DNA of 64,000 nt from a virus: IMG/VR virus record IMGVR_UViG_3300042507_004023. One strand, 5' to 3'. The notes below the pieces were generated by a model, which worked only from the letters and a program-made list of their open reading frames with translations, did no database searches and was not told the origin of the DNA. The translations under genes and the position numbers were made by a program. The stretch's first letter is position 1; every line of letters begins with the position of its first letter. Positions 1 through 9,495 of this stretch are shown in pieces.

Positions 1-996
1 TTTATCGTTTGCTTGTGTTAGTGCGTGTCTAGCGGCAACATCACTAACGCCTCTAAGTAAAGAGGCTAAAGATTCGTTTTGGGGAGCACCTTTAATTAAA
101 TTTGATAGTGTTGATGCGGCTACTTTAACTGTTCCGATAGCGGTAACTAGAGGTGTGTAATCTTCTTCCGCGTATTCTGCACCATACGATGCTTTGAGGC
201 TTGACGGCATGTATAGACAAACTGTTTTATTTACCTTTTTATTTGCGGTGGTAAATCCTGTGGTTTCTTGGCTGAAGCCAAATTGTTGTGTTCCATATTG
301 AGGTTCGTAACTAAAATTGTTCCAAACGCTCTGACCAAGTTTTGCTGCCATTCCGCTAGTAACAACCTGAGTTGCGGCACTTCCTATAGTTAAAGCACCA
401 ACAATGTTTGTTGCCGCAATACCAGCGGGAGTGTTTACAGCATTTCTAACTTTTTCTGCTGATGTTCCTAGTTGCTCAGGAAGAGTCCCGAGATTTATTC
501 CGAACACCTGATTATCGTTAGCATCTCTTTGTTGAGATTCAATACCGTAACCACCGTATTCATACATTTCAATCTGAACCCAGTTTAACAATTCGGGATT
601 GGATCCCAAATCTTCTGGATAAACATAAACTTGCTTTGTCAATTCATACAGCAAATCATTAACAAGATTTGTTGCAGACGGCTTAGTTTCTTGTAGTCCA
701 GTTTGATTGCCTCCACCAAACCCGTATTTGGATTGTAATCTGTTTAAATAAGGAGCATTATCCGACGACAAAGGATCAACAGATGGGGGTTCTCCCGCCT
801 GTAGAGAACCTGGTTGCATGGTGAATATGCCATCTTCCATGTATCCTTGTTGTGCTTGCGATATAGTCTGTTGTGTTGGTGTAGTAACCGGAACAGTATT
901 TGCTCCAGGTTGTCCCTTATCAAGAGGTAATACAGTTCTATCTGGCCCACTTAACACATCATCGTAGGCAACAGTTTTTTGGAATCCTCCTGGCAT
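1..996 (-). CDS. gp48: Baseplate tail-tube cap protein, gp48-like (C-terminus runs off the window)
   Basis: Manually translated open frame from ATG at 996 (MPGGFQKTVAYDD...VCLYMPSSLKASYGAEY...) with AGGAG SD; LYMP...SYG..Y motif and position divergent from gp4 match the T4-like layout. Confidence 0.7.
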   Translation of the reverse strand, partial: MPGGFQKTVAYDDVLSGPDRTVLPLDKGQPGANTVPVTTPTQQTISQAQQGYMEDGIFTMQPGSLQAGEPPSVDPLSSDNAPYLNRLQSKYGFGGGNQTGLQETKPSATNLVNDLLYELTKQVYVYPEDLGSNPELLNWVQIEMYEYGGYGIESQQRDANDNQVFGINLGTLPEQLGTSAEKVRNAVNTPAGIAATNIVGALTIGSAATQVVTSGMAAKLGQSVWNNFSYEPQYGTQQFGFSQETTGFTTANKKVNKTVCLYMPSSLKASYGAEYAEEDYTPLVTAIGTVKVAASTLSNLIKGAPQNESLASLLRGVSDVAARHALTQANDK

Positions 997-1027
997 TTAT
1001 AGACTCTCCTTTTGAATTGCTACCCTG

Positions 1028-1052
1028 TATTTAGATAAATTTTACATAAATA
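1028..1052. promoter_or_regulatory. Back-to-back late promoters: CTAAATA (minus, 1034-1028) and CATAAATA (plus, 1045-1052)
   Basis: T4 late-promoter core TAAATA on each strand, upstream of gp48 and gp4. Confidence 0.7.
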
Positions 1053-1073
1053 TAAAAAAGGAAGAGTGTTACC

Positions 1074-1535
1074 ATAGGAACCTACAGAACATATAAAGGG
1101 TTCTACAAACCCCAAAACCCAAGCAAGTATAAAGGCGATCCCACCAACTGCGTATACCGCTCACTTTGGGAACGCAGATTTATGCAATACTGTGATTTAA
1201 CGGAATCGGTTACGGCTTGGGCTTCTGAGGAGGTTGTAGTTCCTTACATCTCTCCTATAGATGAAAAGGTTCACCGCTACTTTGTGGACTTTTGGATTAA
1301 AACTGTGAACTTGGACGGCAAGGAAGAGTGCTTTTTGATAGAAATCAAACCAAAAAAGAGAACAGTTAAGCCCGAACTTCAAGGCAAAAAGATGACTCAA
1401 GGCAGACTAAACGAGGTTAGAGAGTGGATGATAAACACTAGTAAGTGGGAAGCCGCTGAACGATTTTGTGAATCTCGTGGGTGGAAGTTTAAAGTGCTTA
1501 CAGAAAACGAAATATTTGGGCCCAAAACCGCATGA
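1074..1535 (+). CDS. gp4: Head completion nuclease gp4 (TnsA-like PD-(D/E)XK fold); true start is upstream of the track ATG at 1182
   Basis: YKGFYKPQNPSKYKGDPTNCVYRSLWERRFMQYCD ... HRYFVDF ... IEIKP ... KWEAAERFC..RGWKFKVLTE. Confidence 0.92.
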   Translation: MGTYRTYKGFYKPQNPSKYKGDPTNCVYRSLWERRFMQYCDLTESVTAWASEEVVVPYISPIDEKVHRYFVDFWIKTVNLDGKEECFLIEIKPKKRTVKPELQGKKMTQGRLNEVREWMINTSKWEAAERFCESRGWKFKVLTENEIFGPKTA

Positions 1536-2119
1536 GTCAAGAAGAGGTAAGAGCAATACTGCGTAAGTTTCAGTTTGAAGACATTGATATGGCTTCAAGA
1601 GCCGCTACCCATTGGTTGAGCGATCATTTAACTCAAATTGGCCCAATCAACCGACCAAATATACTTTCCGAGGGAGAATCCCCATATTCCATACGACCTG
1701 GAAACATGTATTTCTTTTCATACAACCCGTTAACCAAATCAAAACTCCCGTTTTATGACATGTTTCCTGTAGCCATAGCAATGCAAAAAGCACCTGGCGG
1801 GTTCATAGGATTAAACCTGCACTATCTAAGATTCTACAATCGAGCAGTATTTTTAAACTTTCTTATAGACTCGGCAGATCGTTCCAACTGGTATGAAACG
1901 GATATCGCTAGACTGCTACTAGACTATACCAACATGCAAAGAACGGCAAGCATGGCAAAGCATATTAAGGGAGCAATAAAGCGATACTACTTCCGACAGT
2001 TTTTAAGTCAAGCGGTTATGGTTCAGCCTAAGGATTGGAAAGTGGTTCCATTTCTTCCCCTAGATAGATTTGTAAAAGCCACAAGAGAAGAAGTTTTTAG
2101 ATGGGCATCTCAATTATAA
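1532..2119 (+). CDS. gp2: DNA end protector protein gp2
   Basis: PGNMYFFSYNP..K..LPFYDMFP...GFIGLNLHYL motif; synteny after gp4. Confidence 0.88.
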   Translation: MSQEEVRAILRKFQFEDIDMASRAATHWLSDHLTQIGPINRPNILSEGESPYSIRPGNMYFFSYNPLTKSKLPFYDMFPVAIAMQKAPGGFIGLNLHYLRFYNRAVFLNFLIDSADRSNWYETDIARLLLDYTNMQRTASMAKHIKGAIKRYYFRQFLSQAVMVQPKDWKVVPFLPLDRFVKATREEVFRWASQL

Positions 2120-2133
2120 AGGAACAAACCTAG

Positions 2134-3141
2134 ATGAGTGCTTTAAACAATTTTAATTTCCCTAGTTTTCAAGACTTGTTGGCATCCTCTGTTTCCCGAG
2201 AGGGGGGAGTAACACCAACAAACAGAGGCCCGTCGTTTGTAGAGCAACTTGTTACATTCGGAAGAACGATGGGTTACATGAGAGCCAATCGTTACTGTGT
2301 ATTGCTTGAGAATCCGCCAGCATCAGCAGGCATGTTTCCGTATGATATGACCTTTGCATCCCGCTTATCTTTAAATTGTCTTCAAGCACAAATTCCTGAT
2401 GTTGGATTTGCCTCTACCGAACAGTTCATTGCAGGCCCTAAGAGAGTTATACCTCAAGCATTTTCATATGGTGACAACAACGCGCAGTTTCAATTCAATT
2501 GCGGTGTAGACCTATACGAATATCTGTTCTTCCGAAATTGGCAGAGATCTATTGTTGATCCAATTTACAATTACGCTTCGTATTATAATGACTACGCCAA
2601 AAACTGCTCGTTGACCGTAATACTCCTGCCCAACAATGTTAGAAATTTTGAAGACATGTTGACTAAACTAAACAACAATCAATTATATGGGGTTAGACTT
2701 GATGAAGTGTATCCCCGAACTGTTGGGATAAATGCGGTTCAAAACGCATCAACCAACATAGTTCTAGTTTCTAATATTACATTCGGTTACAGAAAACTCA
2801 CTCCATATCGAGATTTTGGAGACGAGTTGAAGTATGCTCTACATGCCGCTTGGGATTCTACCATGAATCTAGCAGACAATACTCGACATGTGGACGAAAG
2901 TGCTTTGAAGGACGGAATCAAGAAAGAATACACTAAAGCAGAAATTCAAGAACTTAAAGAAAAGTATCTTGCGACAGATCCACTACGAGCAAAGAGAAAA
3001 CCAGGGCCATTCGATTTCCTCAATCCAGAATTACCGTCCAAAGATCCATCAATCACGCCGCCTGAACTCGACGCTAATCCGTTTATCAATAACATATTGA
3101 CCTCAGGCATCAATATAGCCGCCCTATTCCAAGGTATATAA
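2134..3141 (+). CDS. gp54: Baseplate tail-tube initiator, gp54-like
   Basis: Tube-fold motifs (LNCLQAQIP, FFRNWQRSI, L.EVYPRTVG...ITFGYR); position between gp2 and gp26. Confidence 0.7.
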   Translation: MSALNNFNFPSFQDLLASSVSREGGVTPTNRGPSFVEQLVTFGRTMGYMRANRYCVLLENPPASAGMFPYDMTFASRLSLNCLQAQIPDVGFASTEQFIAGPKRVIPQAFSYGDNNAQFQFNCGVDLYEYLFFRNWQRSIVDPIYNYASYYNDYAKNCSLTVILLPNNVRNFEDMLTKLNNNQLYGVRLDEVYPRTVGINAVQNASTNIVLVSNITFGYRKLTPYRDFGDELKYALHAAWDSTMNLADNTRHVDESALKDGIKKEYTKAEIQELKEKYLATDPLRAKRKPGPFDFLNPELPSKDPSITPPELDANPFINNILTSGINIAALFQGI

Positions 3142-3174
3142 ATAAAAAGTAGCGATTGAATCAAGGAGATTATC

Positions 3175-3885
3175 ATGGGTTTACCCACACTAGCGACACC
3201 AAAATATGAATTAACTATTCCATCCACAGGACAAAAAATCGAATATCGTCCATTCTTAGTTAAAGAAGAAAAAATTTTGCTGCTAGCCAGCGAAACAAAG
3301 GATGAGCGAGAGCAAGTTCGAGCAATGAAACAAGTAATTGAAAGTTGCACCTTCGGTAAGGTTGCAATAGATTCTCTCGCTTCATTTGATATTGAATATT
3401 TGTTTCTTAAACTTCGCTCAAAGTCTGTTGGCGAAAGCGTTGAGGTTGGCATCAAGTGTTCGGGCTGTGGTGAAAGTTGTCCAACCTCAGTAAATCTTAA
3501 TGATGTCGAGGTTAAGTTTGATCCAAAGTTTACCAATCGAATAAAACTGTCGGAGAGTGTTGGAGTTTTGATGCGATATCCAAATTACGAAGACATGATT
3601 CGATTGTCTGAAATACAGAAAAGCCAAAACTCAGAAGATGTTATGGGATTTGTGGCTAGTTGCATCGACAAAATTTACGACGACAAACAAACATACAACA
3701 CCTCTGATTTTACCAAAGAAGAGGTTGCGGCATTTATGGATGAACTTTCACAAGTGGGCCTAAAGAAAATTATGGGCTTCTTTGAGAACATGCCAAGTTT
3801 ACAAAAAGAACTGAAGACGAAGTGTTCAAAATGCTCGAAAGAAACTGATATAACTCTAAGGGGGGCACAGAGTTTTTTTCAATAA
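3175..3885 (+). CDS. gp26: Baseplate hub assembly protein gp26
   Basis: MGLPTLATPKYELTIPSTGQKIEYRPFLVKEEKILL; DIEYLFLKLRSKSVGE; two CxxC; TATAAATA promoter at 3137-3144. Confidence 0.92.
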   Translation: MGLPTLATPKYELTIPSTGQKIEYRPFLVKEEKILLLASETKDEREQVRAMKQVIESCTFGKVAIDSLASFDIEYLFLKLRSKSVGESVEVGIKCSGCGESCPTSVNLNDVEVKFDPKFTNRIKLSESVGVLMRYPNYEDMIRLSEIQKSQNSEDVMGFVASCIDKIYDDKQTYNTSDFTKEEVAAFMDELSQVGLKKIMGFFENMPSLQKELKTKCSKCSKETDITLRGAQSFFQ

Positions 3886-3887
3886 GC

Positions 3888-4094
3888 ATGATGCATGATA
3901 CTCTGGCAAATTGGTATCAGAGCAATTTCGCCATGATGCAGCATCATAAGTATTCGTTGGCTGATCTTGAAAATCTGATGCCTTGGGAAAGAAGACTTTA
4001 CATTGATATGCTTGTTCAACATGTTAAAGAGGAGAATGAGAAACACAAAGAAATGAACGGAAATCAATATGATCCGGCACAATTTCAAAGGTAA
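3888..4094 (+). CDS. gp51: Baseplate hub assembly catalyst gp51
   Basis: YQSNFAMMQHHKYSLADLENLMPWERRLYIDML motif typical of T4-like gp51. Confidence 0.88.
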   Translation: MMHDTLANWYQSNFAMMQHHKYSLADLENLMPWERRLYIDMLVQHVKEENEKHKEMNGNQYDPAQFQR

Positions 4095-4104
4095 TAGGGG
4101 ATAA

Positions 4105-6807
4105 ATGGCAGAACAAGGATTTAATGTAGGGCCTAATGCAACACCAGGGGGAGCACCAGAAGATCCTCGTGTGAATAATGCTGCTTTGAATGCTGAACTG
4201 AAACAGGCTCAGTTGTTGCAAGCACAAACTATAAAGTCTCTGACAGAAACAATTGAAGAACTGCAAAAACAGTATGCCGAACTAACTGGCGAAGCCAGAA
4301 CCTTGTCAAACGACGAAAAACTGGTTACTAACAAACTCCGAGAAAAAATTGAAACTCTCACTCAAATTCTTAAGAGCATGCAGGACAGCATGGCTAAAGG
4401 AGAGCCTGTTCGCTCGCTTGCAAGTATCGGTCAAAAGGAAAGAATACAAACCTTTGACAAATTAACTGCGGTAATTTCTCAGTATCAAAAGAGTAACTTG
4501 GAGTTTATGAAATCGTCGCAAGGGCAGTCTCTTGATTTTGATAGTTGGTATGAAGGATTCTTAGAACAACAAAAGGTGGATTTGGCTAATCTTGAAGCCT
4601 CGGAATACAACGGTATTGTATTAGAAGAAATCAAGAAAATACTAAAAGCATCCTCTACAGACCTAGCAAAAGTTTCAGATCCTGAACTTGAAGAACTAGC
4701 AAAACAGTCGCTTAAACTTTCTGTGGATGAGAAGCGTAGAGATTTAGAATTCTATGAACAAAATAGAGACATCATAAAACTAAATCGAGAAGCCAACATT
4801 CAAGAGCAAGAGAATGTAAGAAAACTGGTTGCTTCAAATCAGTTTGATCCATCAAAGCCTATTTTGGAACACGGGTTTAAGAGTGTTTCCAAAGATATGG
4901 ACAAACTGATTCAAAATACTAAGCATCGTTCTCTAATAAAGATAATATCTGATCTTTTAGGGCCATTTGGCCCAATCATTATGGGCTTGGTGAAGTTTGT
5001 AGTTCTGCCTCTGATGTTTGCTTTAGGTTTGTTTGGTGGCGTGTTGGTTGCTCAATACCTGAAACTTCGTGCTTTAGGCAATCTTTTAACTCTAGCCCCA
5101 ATCAAAAACTTTATTGTGGGTATACAAGATATTGGAATACAACTCAAAGCATTTAAAATTGGAATAGAAAGAACGATATTCCACGATTTGCCCGAGGTAT
5201 ACAGATCTATATCTGAATTTGCTAAAAGATTTAAATTTAGACTAAGTAATATTCTTAACATTTTTGCAGACACCGAGTTTGCAAAACGATTTGAGATGGT
5301 TCCCGCATTCATAAAGTATTTGTTTGATACAGGATTGCAGAAAATAACACAGTCTCGAATCGGCACAATATTTTCCGGACTGTTTAAATTCATTGGTCAA
5401 ACAGGTAAAATTCTAGGAAATATAGGCTCAAGAGTTTTGTCGGTAACAAATTCTATAGCCGGTTTTTTCAGTAAAGTATTTGAACCCATCACCACATTCT
5501 TTAAGTCGGGAACAGGCAGACTTGTCGTTGCGGTTGATGGTGCAACCTTGGGAATATTCCGAATGATTAAGTTTGGATTTCAGATAGGAAAAACTCTAGC
5601 AGGAATTGCTGGCCCTATTGCAACTGTGATGAGTATTTTCGAGGGATTGCCTGCCTTGTGGTCAAAATTAACTTCTGGAGATTTACGAACAGCGATAAAA
5701 GGAGCGTTGGCTCTTATAACACAAATTACCGCACAAGCCCTAGCAACTATTTTTGGTGGGCCAGTTGGTGGTATCGCTGCGGCTATGACACTAAACTTTG
5801 AAAGAATTTACCGATGGTTTGAACCGCTATTTGATTTGATTCTCGATGTTGGTGAAGTCATTTTTGGTGTTATTTCTTCAGTATACAAAGATTTTGTTGA
5901 ACCTATAATGGCAACCATAACAAAAGTTCTAGTAACCTTGATGGATAGTGCTTTTAAACTGATAAATCCTGTAATTAAATCGTTGAGAATATTGTTTCTT
6001 GTATTGAGTTATACAATAATACCTCTAATAAAAGCAGCATTCAAAGTTTTAGGATTTGTTTTGGGCAAACTACTAGAAGGAGCATTGTGGCTTTACGATC
6101 ACACTATAGGCCCTGTGATAGACGGCATTTCTGGTATGTTTAACTATCTGTTAGACAATCTTGAAAGTGTTATAAAAGGTATTGTTGGTTTTGCTATTGA
6201 TCTATACAACAAAACTGTTGGTAAGGTTTTTGGAAAAATGGAAAATCCGTTTGAGACATCTAAAGCCAAAACCGCTCCAACTCCAGCACCAACTGCGGAA
6301 AAGCCTCCAACAGAAACACTAATGTCAGATACGGAAAAGAAAGATTGGTTTAATTCGTTAAGCACCTCGGTAACTGAGGGCGTTTCTGATGCGGTAGGAA
6401 AAGGTAAAGAAATGGGAGGAGCCGCTTCAGAATCTATTAAAAGTCTAGTTGATGTGATGAAAGAGCATACCGAAGCGGTTAAACAGCAAACTGAAGCATT
6501 GGCAAACAGTCCGCTTGGTATGAAAATTAGACAGAAGGGATTAGAAGGCCTTGAGTATGCAACCACACCGATAAGTAATCAGCAGATGCAGTATGCAGCA
6601 TCACCACAACTTGCTCAAATGAGTCAGCAAGAAATGATGAATGCGGCTCTTGGCTTTAAAGGAAAAGCCGGAGATACTGTTGTGAACAATGTAGTCACGA
6701 ACAATACCTCCGGCTCGGGTGGAGGCGGATTTATTCCAATGGTGTCGTCAGGTCACATGGATCCTACCAAAGTAGCACTCCAAATTTCCTATCGACCACC
6801 AGGGTAA
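4105..6807 (+). CDS. Tape measure / baseplate hub protein (gp29 position)
   Basis: 900 aa, coiled-coil N-terminus, long amphipathic Gly/Ala/Ile-rich helical middle, VVNNVVTNNTS near C-terminus; follows gp26/gp51. Confidence 0.72.
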   Translation: MAEQGFNVGPNATPGGAPEDPRVNNAALNAELKQAQLLQAQTIKSLTETIEELQKQYAELTGEARTLSNDEKLVTNKLREKIETLTQILKSMQDSMAKGEPVRSLASIGQKERIQTFDKLTAVISQYQKSNLEFMKSSQGQSLDFDSWYEGFLEQQKVDLANLEASEYNGIVLEEIKKILKASSTDLAKVSDPELEELAKQSLKLSVDEKRRDLEFYEQNRDIIKLNREANIQEQENVRKLVASNQFDPSKPILEHGFKSVSKDMDKLIQNTKHRSLIKIISDLLGPFGPIIMGLVKFVVLPLMFALGLFGGVLVAQYLKLRALGNLLTLAPIKNFIVGIQDIGIQLKAFKIGIERTIFHDLPEVYRSISEFAKRFKFRLSNILNIFADTEFAKRFEMVPAFIKYLFDTGLQKITQSRIGTIFSGLFKFIGQTGKILGNIGSRVLSVTNSIAGFFSKVFEPITTFFKSGTGRLVVAVDGATLGIFRMIKFGFQIGKTLAGIAGPIATVMSIFEGLPALWSKLTSGDLRTAIKGALALITQITAQALATIFGGPVGGIAAAMTLNFERIYRWFEPLFDLILDVGEVIFGVISSVYKDFVEPIMATITKVLVTLMDSAFKLINPVIKSLRILFLVLSYTIIPLIKAAFKVLGFVLGKLLEGALWLYDHTIGPVIDGISGMFNYLLDNLESVIKGIVGFAIDLYNKTVGKVFGKMENPFETSKAKTAPTPAPTAEKPPTETLMSDTEKKDWFNSLSTSVTEGVSDAVGKGKEMGGAASESIKSLVDVMKEHTEAVKQQTEALANSPLGMKIRQKGLEGLEYATTPISNQQMQYAASPQLAQMSQQEMMNAALGFKGKAGDTVVNNVVTNNTSGSGGGGFIPMVSSGHMDPTKVALQISYRPPG

Positions 6808-7713
6808 TCAATCCTCTTCAGCCAACTTGCGGAAGTAGGAAAGCGTATCCTCTTCGCCGCCATCGTCCTCTTCAACAACAGGCTTCTTTGCAGCGGCAGT
6901 TTCCTTCTTACGGAACTTCTCGCTCAAACTCTCACGGATGGGTTCTTCATCTTCAGCCTTCTTGGAAGACTTGATTTCAGTCGTGAGAACAGTCTCAAGA
7001 CGCTCCTTCAATTCCTCGTAAGACTTGAACTTGTCTGCACCAGTAAACTCGGCAAGAGCATACTGTGACTTCCACACCTTCTCAAGAAGTTCATCCTTGC
7101 CGTCAAGTAGCGGACTCTTGTTATCAAATTCGCTCTTGTCATAGTTAGCAAAGCCACCAACAGTCTGAATCTTCATCTTGAAGTTTCTGCCGTTCCAAAA
7201 ATCGAACGGATTGATTGGCTCTTCGCCGGGGAACTTCGGCTGCATGGAGTCGGTGATCTTATCAAAAATCTTCTTGCCGTAGCGGAACAGGAACACCTTG
7301 CCCTCGTTCTCACGGTTCGCAGGATCGCTGACAACCATGATGTTTGAGATGTAAGACAGTTTGCGCTTACGAGCACGAGCAATTTCCTTGTCGGCTTCAA
7401 TCCCGCTGTTCCACAACTCGTTGTTGGCTTCGCATACAGGACACTTCTTACCCAAAGTGGTTGGGCAGTTTTCAATATACCAACCGCCCTTGCCTTGGAA
7501 GCCGTGCGAGAAAACTCGTGCCCACGGAACTTCTTCGCCCTCGCAGGCAGGCAGGAACCGAAGCACGGCATAACCGTTTCCGTCCTTACCACGCTCTGGG
7601 CTCCAGAAGCGGTCATCCTTGTATGATTTGGTTTCTGTCGTCTTTTCCAATTCCTTGGCGAGAGCCGAGACAGAGTTCTTGCTCATCTTCTTTAAATCTG
7701 AAAATCCAGCCAT
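6808..7713 (-). CDS. gp32: Single-stranded DNA-binding protein gp32
   Basis: DDRFWSPERGKDGNGYAVLRFLP, HGFQGKGGWYIENCPTTLGKKCPVCEAN, GKVFLFRYGKKIFDKI, acidic tail. Confidence 0.97.
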   Translation of the reverse strand: MAGFSDLKKMSKNSVSALAKELEKTTETKSYKDDRFWSPERGKDGNGYAVLRFLPACEGEEVPWARVFSHGFQGKGGWYIENCPTTLGKKCPVCEANNELWNSGIEADKEIARARKRKLSYISNIMVVSDPANRENEGKVFLFRYGKKIFDKITDSMQPKFPGEEPINPFDFWNGRNFKMKIQTVGGFANYDKSEFDNKSPLLDGKDELLEKVWKSQYALAEFTGADKFKSYEELKERLETVLTTEIKSSKKAEDEEPIRESLSEKFRKKETAAAKKPVVEEDDGGEEDTLSYFRKLAEED

Positions 7714-7764
7714 TGTAGTATCCTTTCGTATTACGGAGTATTAAAGTGTGTTAGTGAGTATGGT

Positions 7765-7793
7765 ATTGTATACTAAGTATTCTTTGTATGCAA
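7765..7793 (-). promoter_or_regulatory. Sigma70-like promoter for gp32 (TTGCAT-N17-TACAAT)
   Basis: Hexamers read on the minus strand just upstream of gp32. Confidence 0.5.
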
Positions 7794-8393
7794 CTTATTT
7801 GTGATGATTTCCGATATGATTCTCTTCAAGTCATCACGCCTAGTATCTAGGTGGAGGAATGGAGCATACCGCAAAATTGGTATACCAACCTCTTCCCATA
7901 TAGGGTCGCCGTCCATACGCCAGCGTTTTGTAAATCCAAGTATGCTGTCCAAAACTAAAAAAGTTTCAGGAGAAATTCGCTTCTCCATTACAGCACGAAA
8001 TATATCAGGATGTGTGCCTTCTTGATGTGTAAACAAACGATTGAAACACTCCGGGTCTTCTTTGCAGCGTTCCCAAAGTGTATTCATTTCAGTTTTAACC
8101 TGATACTGTAAAGCCTGAACCCTGCGTAGTCTAGACAGATGTTCGGCTTCTGCATCTTCTCCAAGCATGTCACCAACCCAAGTTTTATTGGCTAGAATTT
8201 GTGACAAGAAGAACTCCACGATTTCATCTCGGGAGTAACGCTTGGCTAACTTCTCAAAGTAATAGCGATCTTTGCGTCGTTCAAAAGTTTCAGGGGCAAC
8301 TTTAACCTTGCCGAACTTATGATAGTCAAACCCGCTGTTTTTAAAGTGTGCTTTGAGAGTTATGAAAGTTTGATAGGCTTCAAACGGTCGCAT
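7773..8393 (-). CDS. gp59: Helicase loader gp59
   Basis: FEAYQTFITLKAHFKNSGFDYHKFGKV...FERRKDRYYFEKLAKRY; ISPETFLVLDSILGF. Confidence 0.9.
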   Translation of the reverse strand: MRPFEAYQTFITLKAHFKNSGFDYHKFGKVKVAPETFERRKDRYYFEKLAKRYSRDEIVEFFLSQILANKTWVGDMLGEDAEAEHLSRLRRVQALQYQVKTEMNTLWERCKEDPECFNRLFTHQEGTHPDIFRAVMEKRISPETFLVLDSILGFTKRWRMDGDPIWEEVGIPILRYAPFLHLDTRRDDLKRIISEIITNKLHTKNT

Positions 8394-8618
8394 TTAAAAT
8401 AGTTTAGAACTCTTCTTAAGCATGTTGGCTTTCTGTCCTTCCACACGAAGCCGCTCTTTTATGGGCTTGGTTAGGAGTTTAGCCACTGCTTCAGGCTCAA
8501 TCCCATGCTTTTCGCACAAGTCAACAATCACTTCCATGTAGGTAGTATCTTTACGACTTCTATACAATTCTTCTATTTGACGACAGAAATCGTTTTGTAG
8601 ATTGAGTATCGACCCCAT
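8394..8618 (-). CDS. gp33: Late-transcription coactivator gp33
   Basis: YMEVIVDLCEKHGIEPEAVAKLLTKPIKERLRVEGQKANML; synteny with gp59/gp32. Confidence 0.85.
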   Translation of the reverse strand: MGSILNLQNDFCRQIEELYRSRKDTTYMEVIVDLCEKHGIEPEAVAKLLTKPIKERLRVEGQKANMLKKSSKLF

Positions 8619-8845
8619 TATTCTTCACCTATCTCTTCTTCGCGTGGAACCACAGTTAATTGTTCGCCACGAATGAGAGCATTGTTGAACTCTTCTTCTG
8701 TAAGGAACAGAGTCAACTCACGATCTTTATACATGATGTGAACAATGTGCTTACCTTCGCCCAACTTTTCCAAGATAGACTCTTTGATCTTTGCGATATC
8801 TACTGGCTCTTCTTTACGCTTGAATAGTTGTGTTAACCACTTCAT
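8618..8845 (-). CDS. Hypothetical protein (likely start MKWLTQ)
   Basis: ORF tightly packed between the exonuclease and gp33. Confidence 0.55.
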   Translation of the reverse strand: MKWLTQLFKRKEEPVDIAKIKESILEKLGEGKHIVHIMYKDRELTLFLTEEEFNNALIRGEQLTVVPREEEIGEE

Positions 8846-9494
8846 TGATTTTCCTCTGTAATTCTGAGAAATTGTTGTCTGCCCAATATCCCTTAATGGC
8901 TTCACCTAGTTTGGTTTTGTAGTCATCAGGATTCTTTTTGAAAACTTGTGTTACACCGTCTTCCGCCGTAACAAGAATGACAACCTGCGGAATTCTTTCA
9001 CCAAAATTCTCTAGCCACATATACGAGTATGCGGCAGTTTGTTCAAAGTAGTTACCTATCCACTCTTCTTTACGAGCGGTGCGGGCGGTCTTGAAGTCAA
9101 TCACAGAAAGCACTCCATCGTAAACACCTATGCAGTCAAATCTGCCTGCCATACGAAGTGTATCTGAACATAACTGCATTTCCTGTGCTCGCCAACTGCT
9201 GATTTTATTCAAATTTGGAACAAGTTGGTTGAACAACATTTGAGCCGTTGAATCTTCGGTTTTGTATTCAATTCCGTTCAGGTGTTCTTCCACCATGCGA
9301 TGAACCGTCGTGCCACGACTAGTAGCCTGTTCAGAAACTTTTTGATTTTCAGGCTTCTGTCTCCACTTTGCCCAAAAGTCTCGCTTTGCCCAACCTGTAA
9401 CAGTCGTAACAGATGGATACCAGTTTCCTGTTTTTGCAGACTGATAGAATCTGCCCATTCCTGGAATTTCAATTGATTTTAGTTTTGCTTCCAT
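8814..9494 (-). CDS. PD-(D/E)XK exonuclease (T4-like phage exonuclease A / RecB-like)
   Basis: YPSVTTV, RGTTVHRMVEEHL, AGRFDCIG...VIDFKT, YFEQTAAYSYM. Confidence 0.88.
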   Translation of the reverse strand: MEAKLKSIEIPGMGRFYQSAKTGNWYPSVTTVTGWAKRDFWAKWRQKPENQKVSEQATSRGTTVHRMVEEHLNGIEYKTEDSTAQMLFNQLVPNLNKISSWRAQEMQLCSDTLRMAGRFDCIGVYDGVLSVIDFKTARTARKEEWIGNYFEQTAAYSYMWLENFGERIPQVVILVTAEDGVTQVFKKNPDDYKTKLGEAIKGYWADNNFSELQRKINEVVNTTIQA

Positions 9495-9495
9495 T

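Noticed and set aside
2946-3536. 196-aa minus-strand ORF
   Set aside because: Antisense shadow of gp54/gp26; Ser/Leu-rich composition typical of reverse frames
7173-7718. Overlapping ORFs 7173-7616(-), 7344-7718(+) and 7361-7573(+)
   Set aside because: Shadow frames of gp32 with no SD or recognisable motifs
8814-9494. Cas4 / CRISPR adaptation gene
   Set aside because: Lacks the four-Cys Fe-S pattern and cas context; matches the common T4-like PD-(D/E)XK exonuclease
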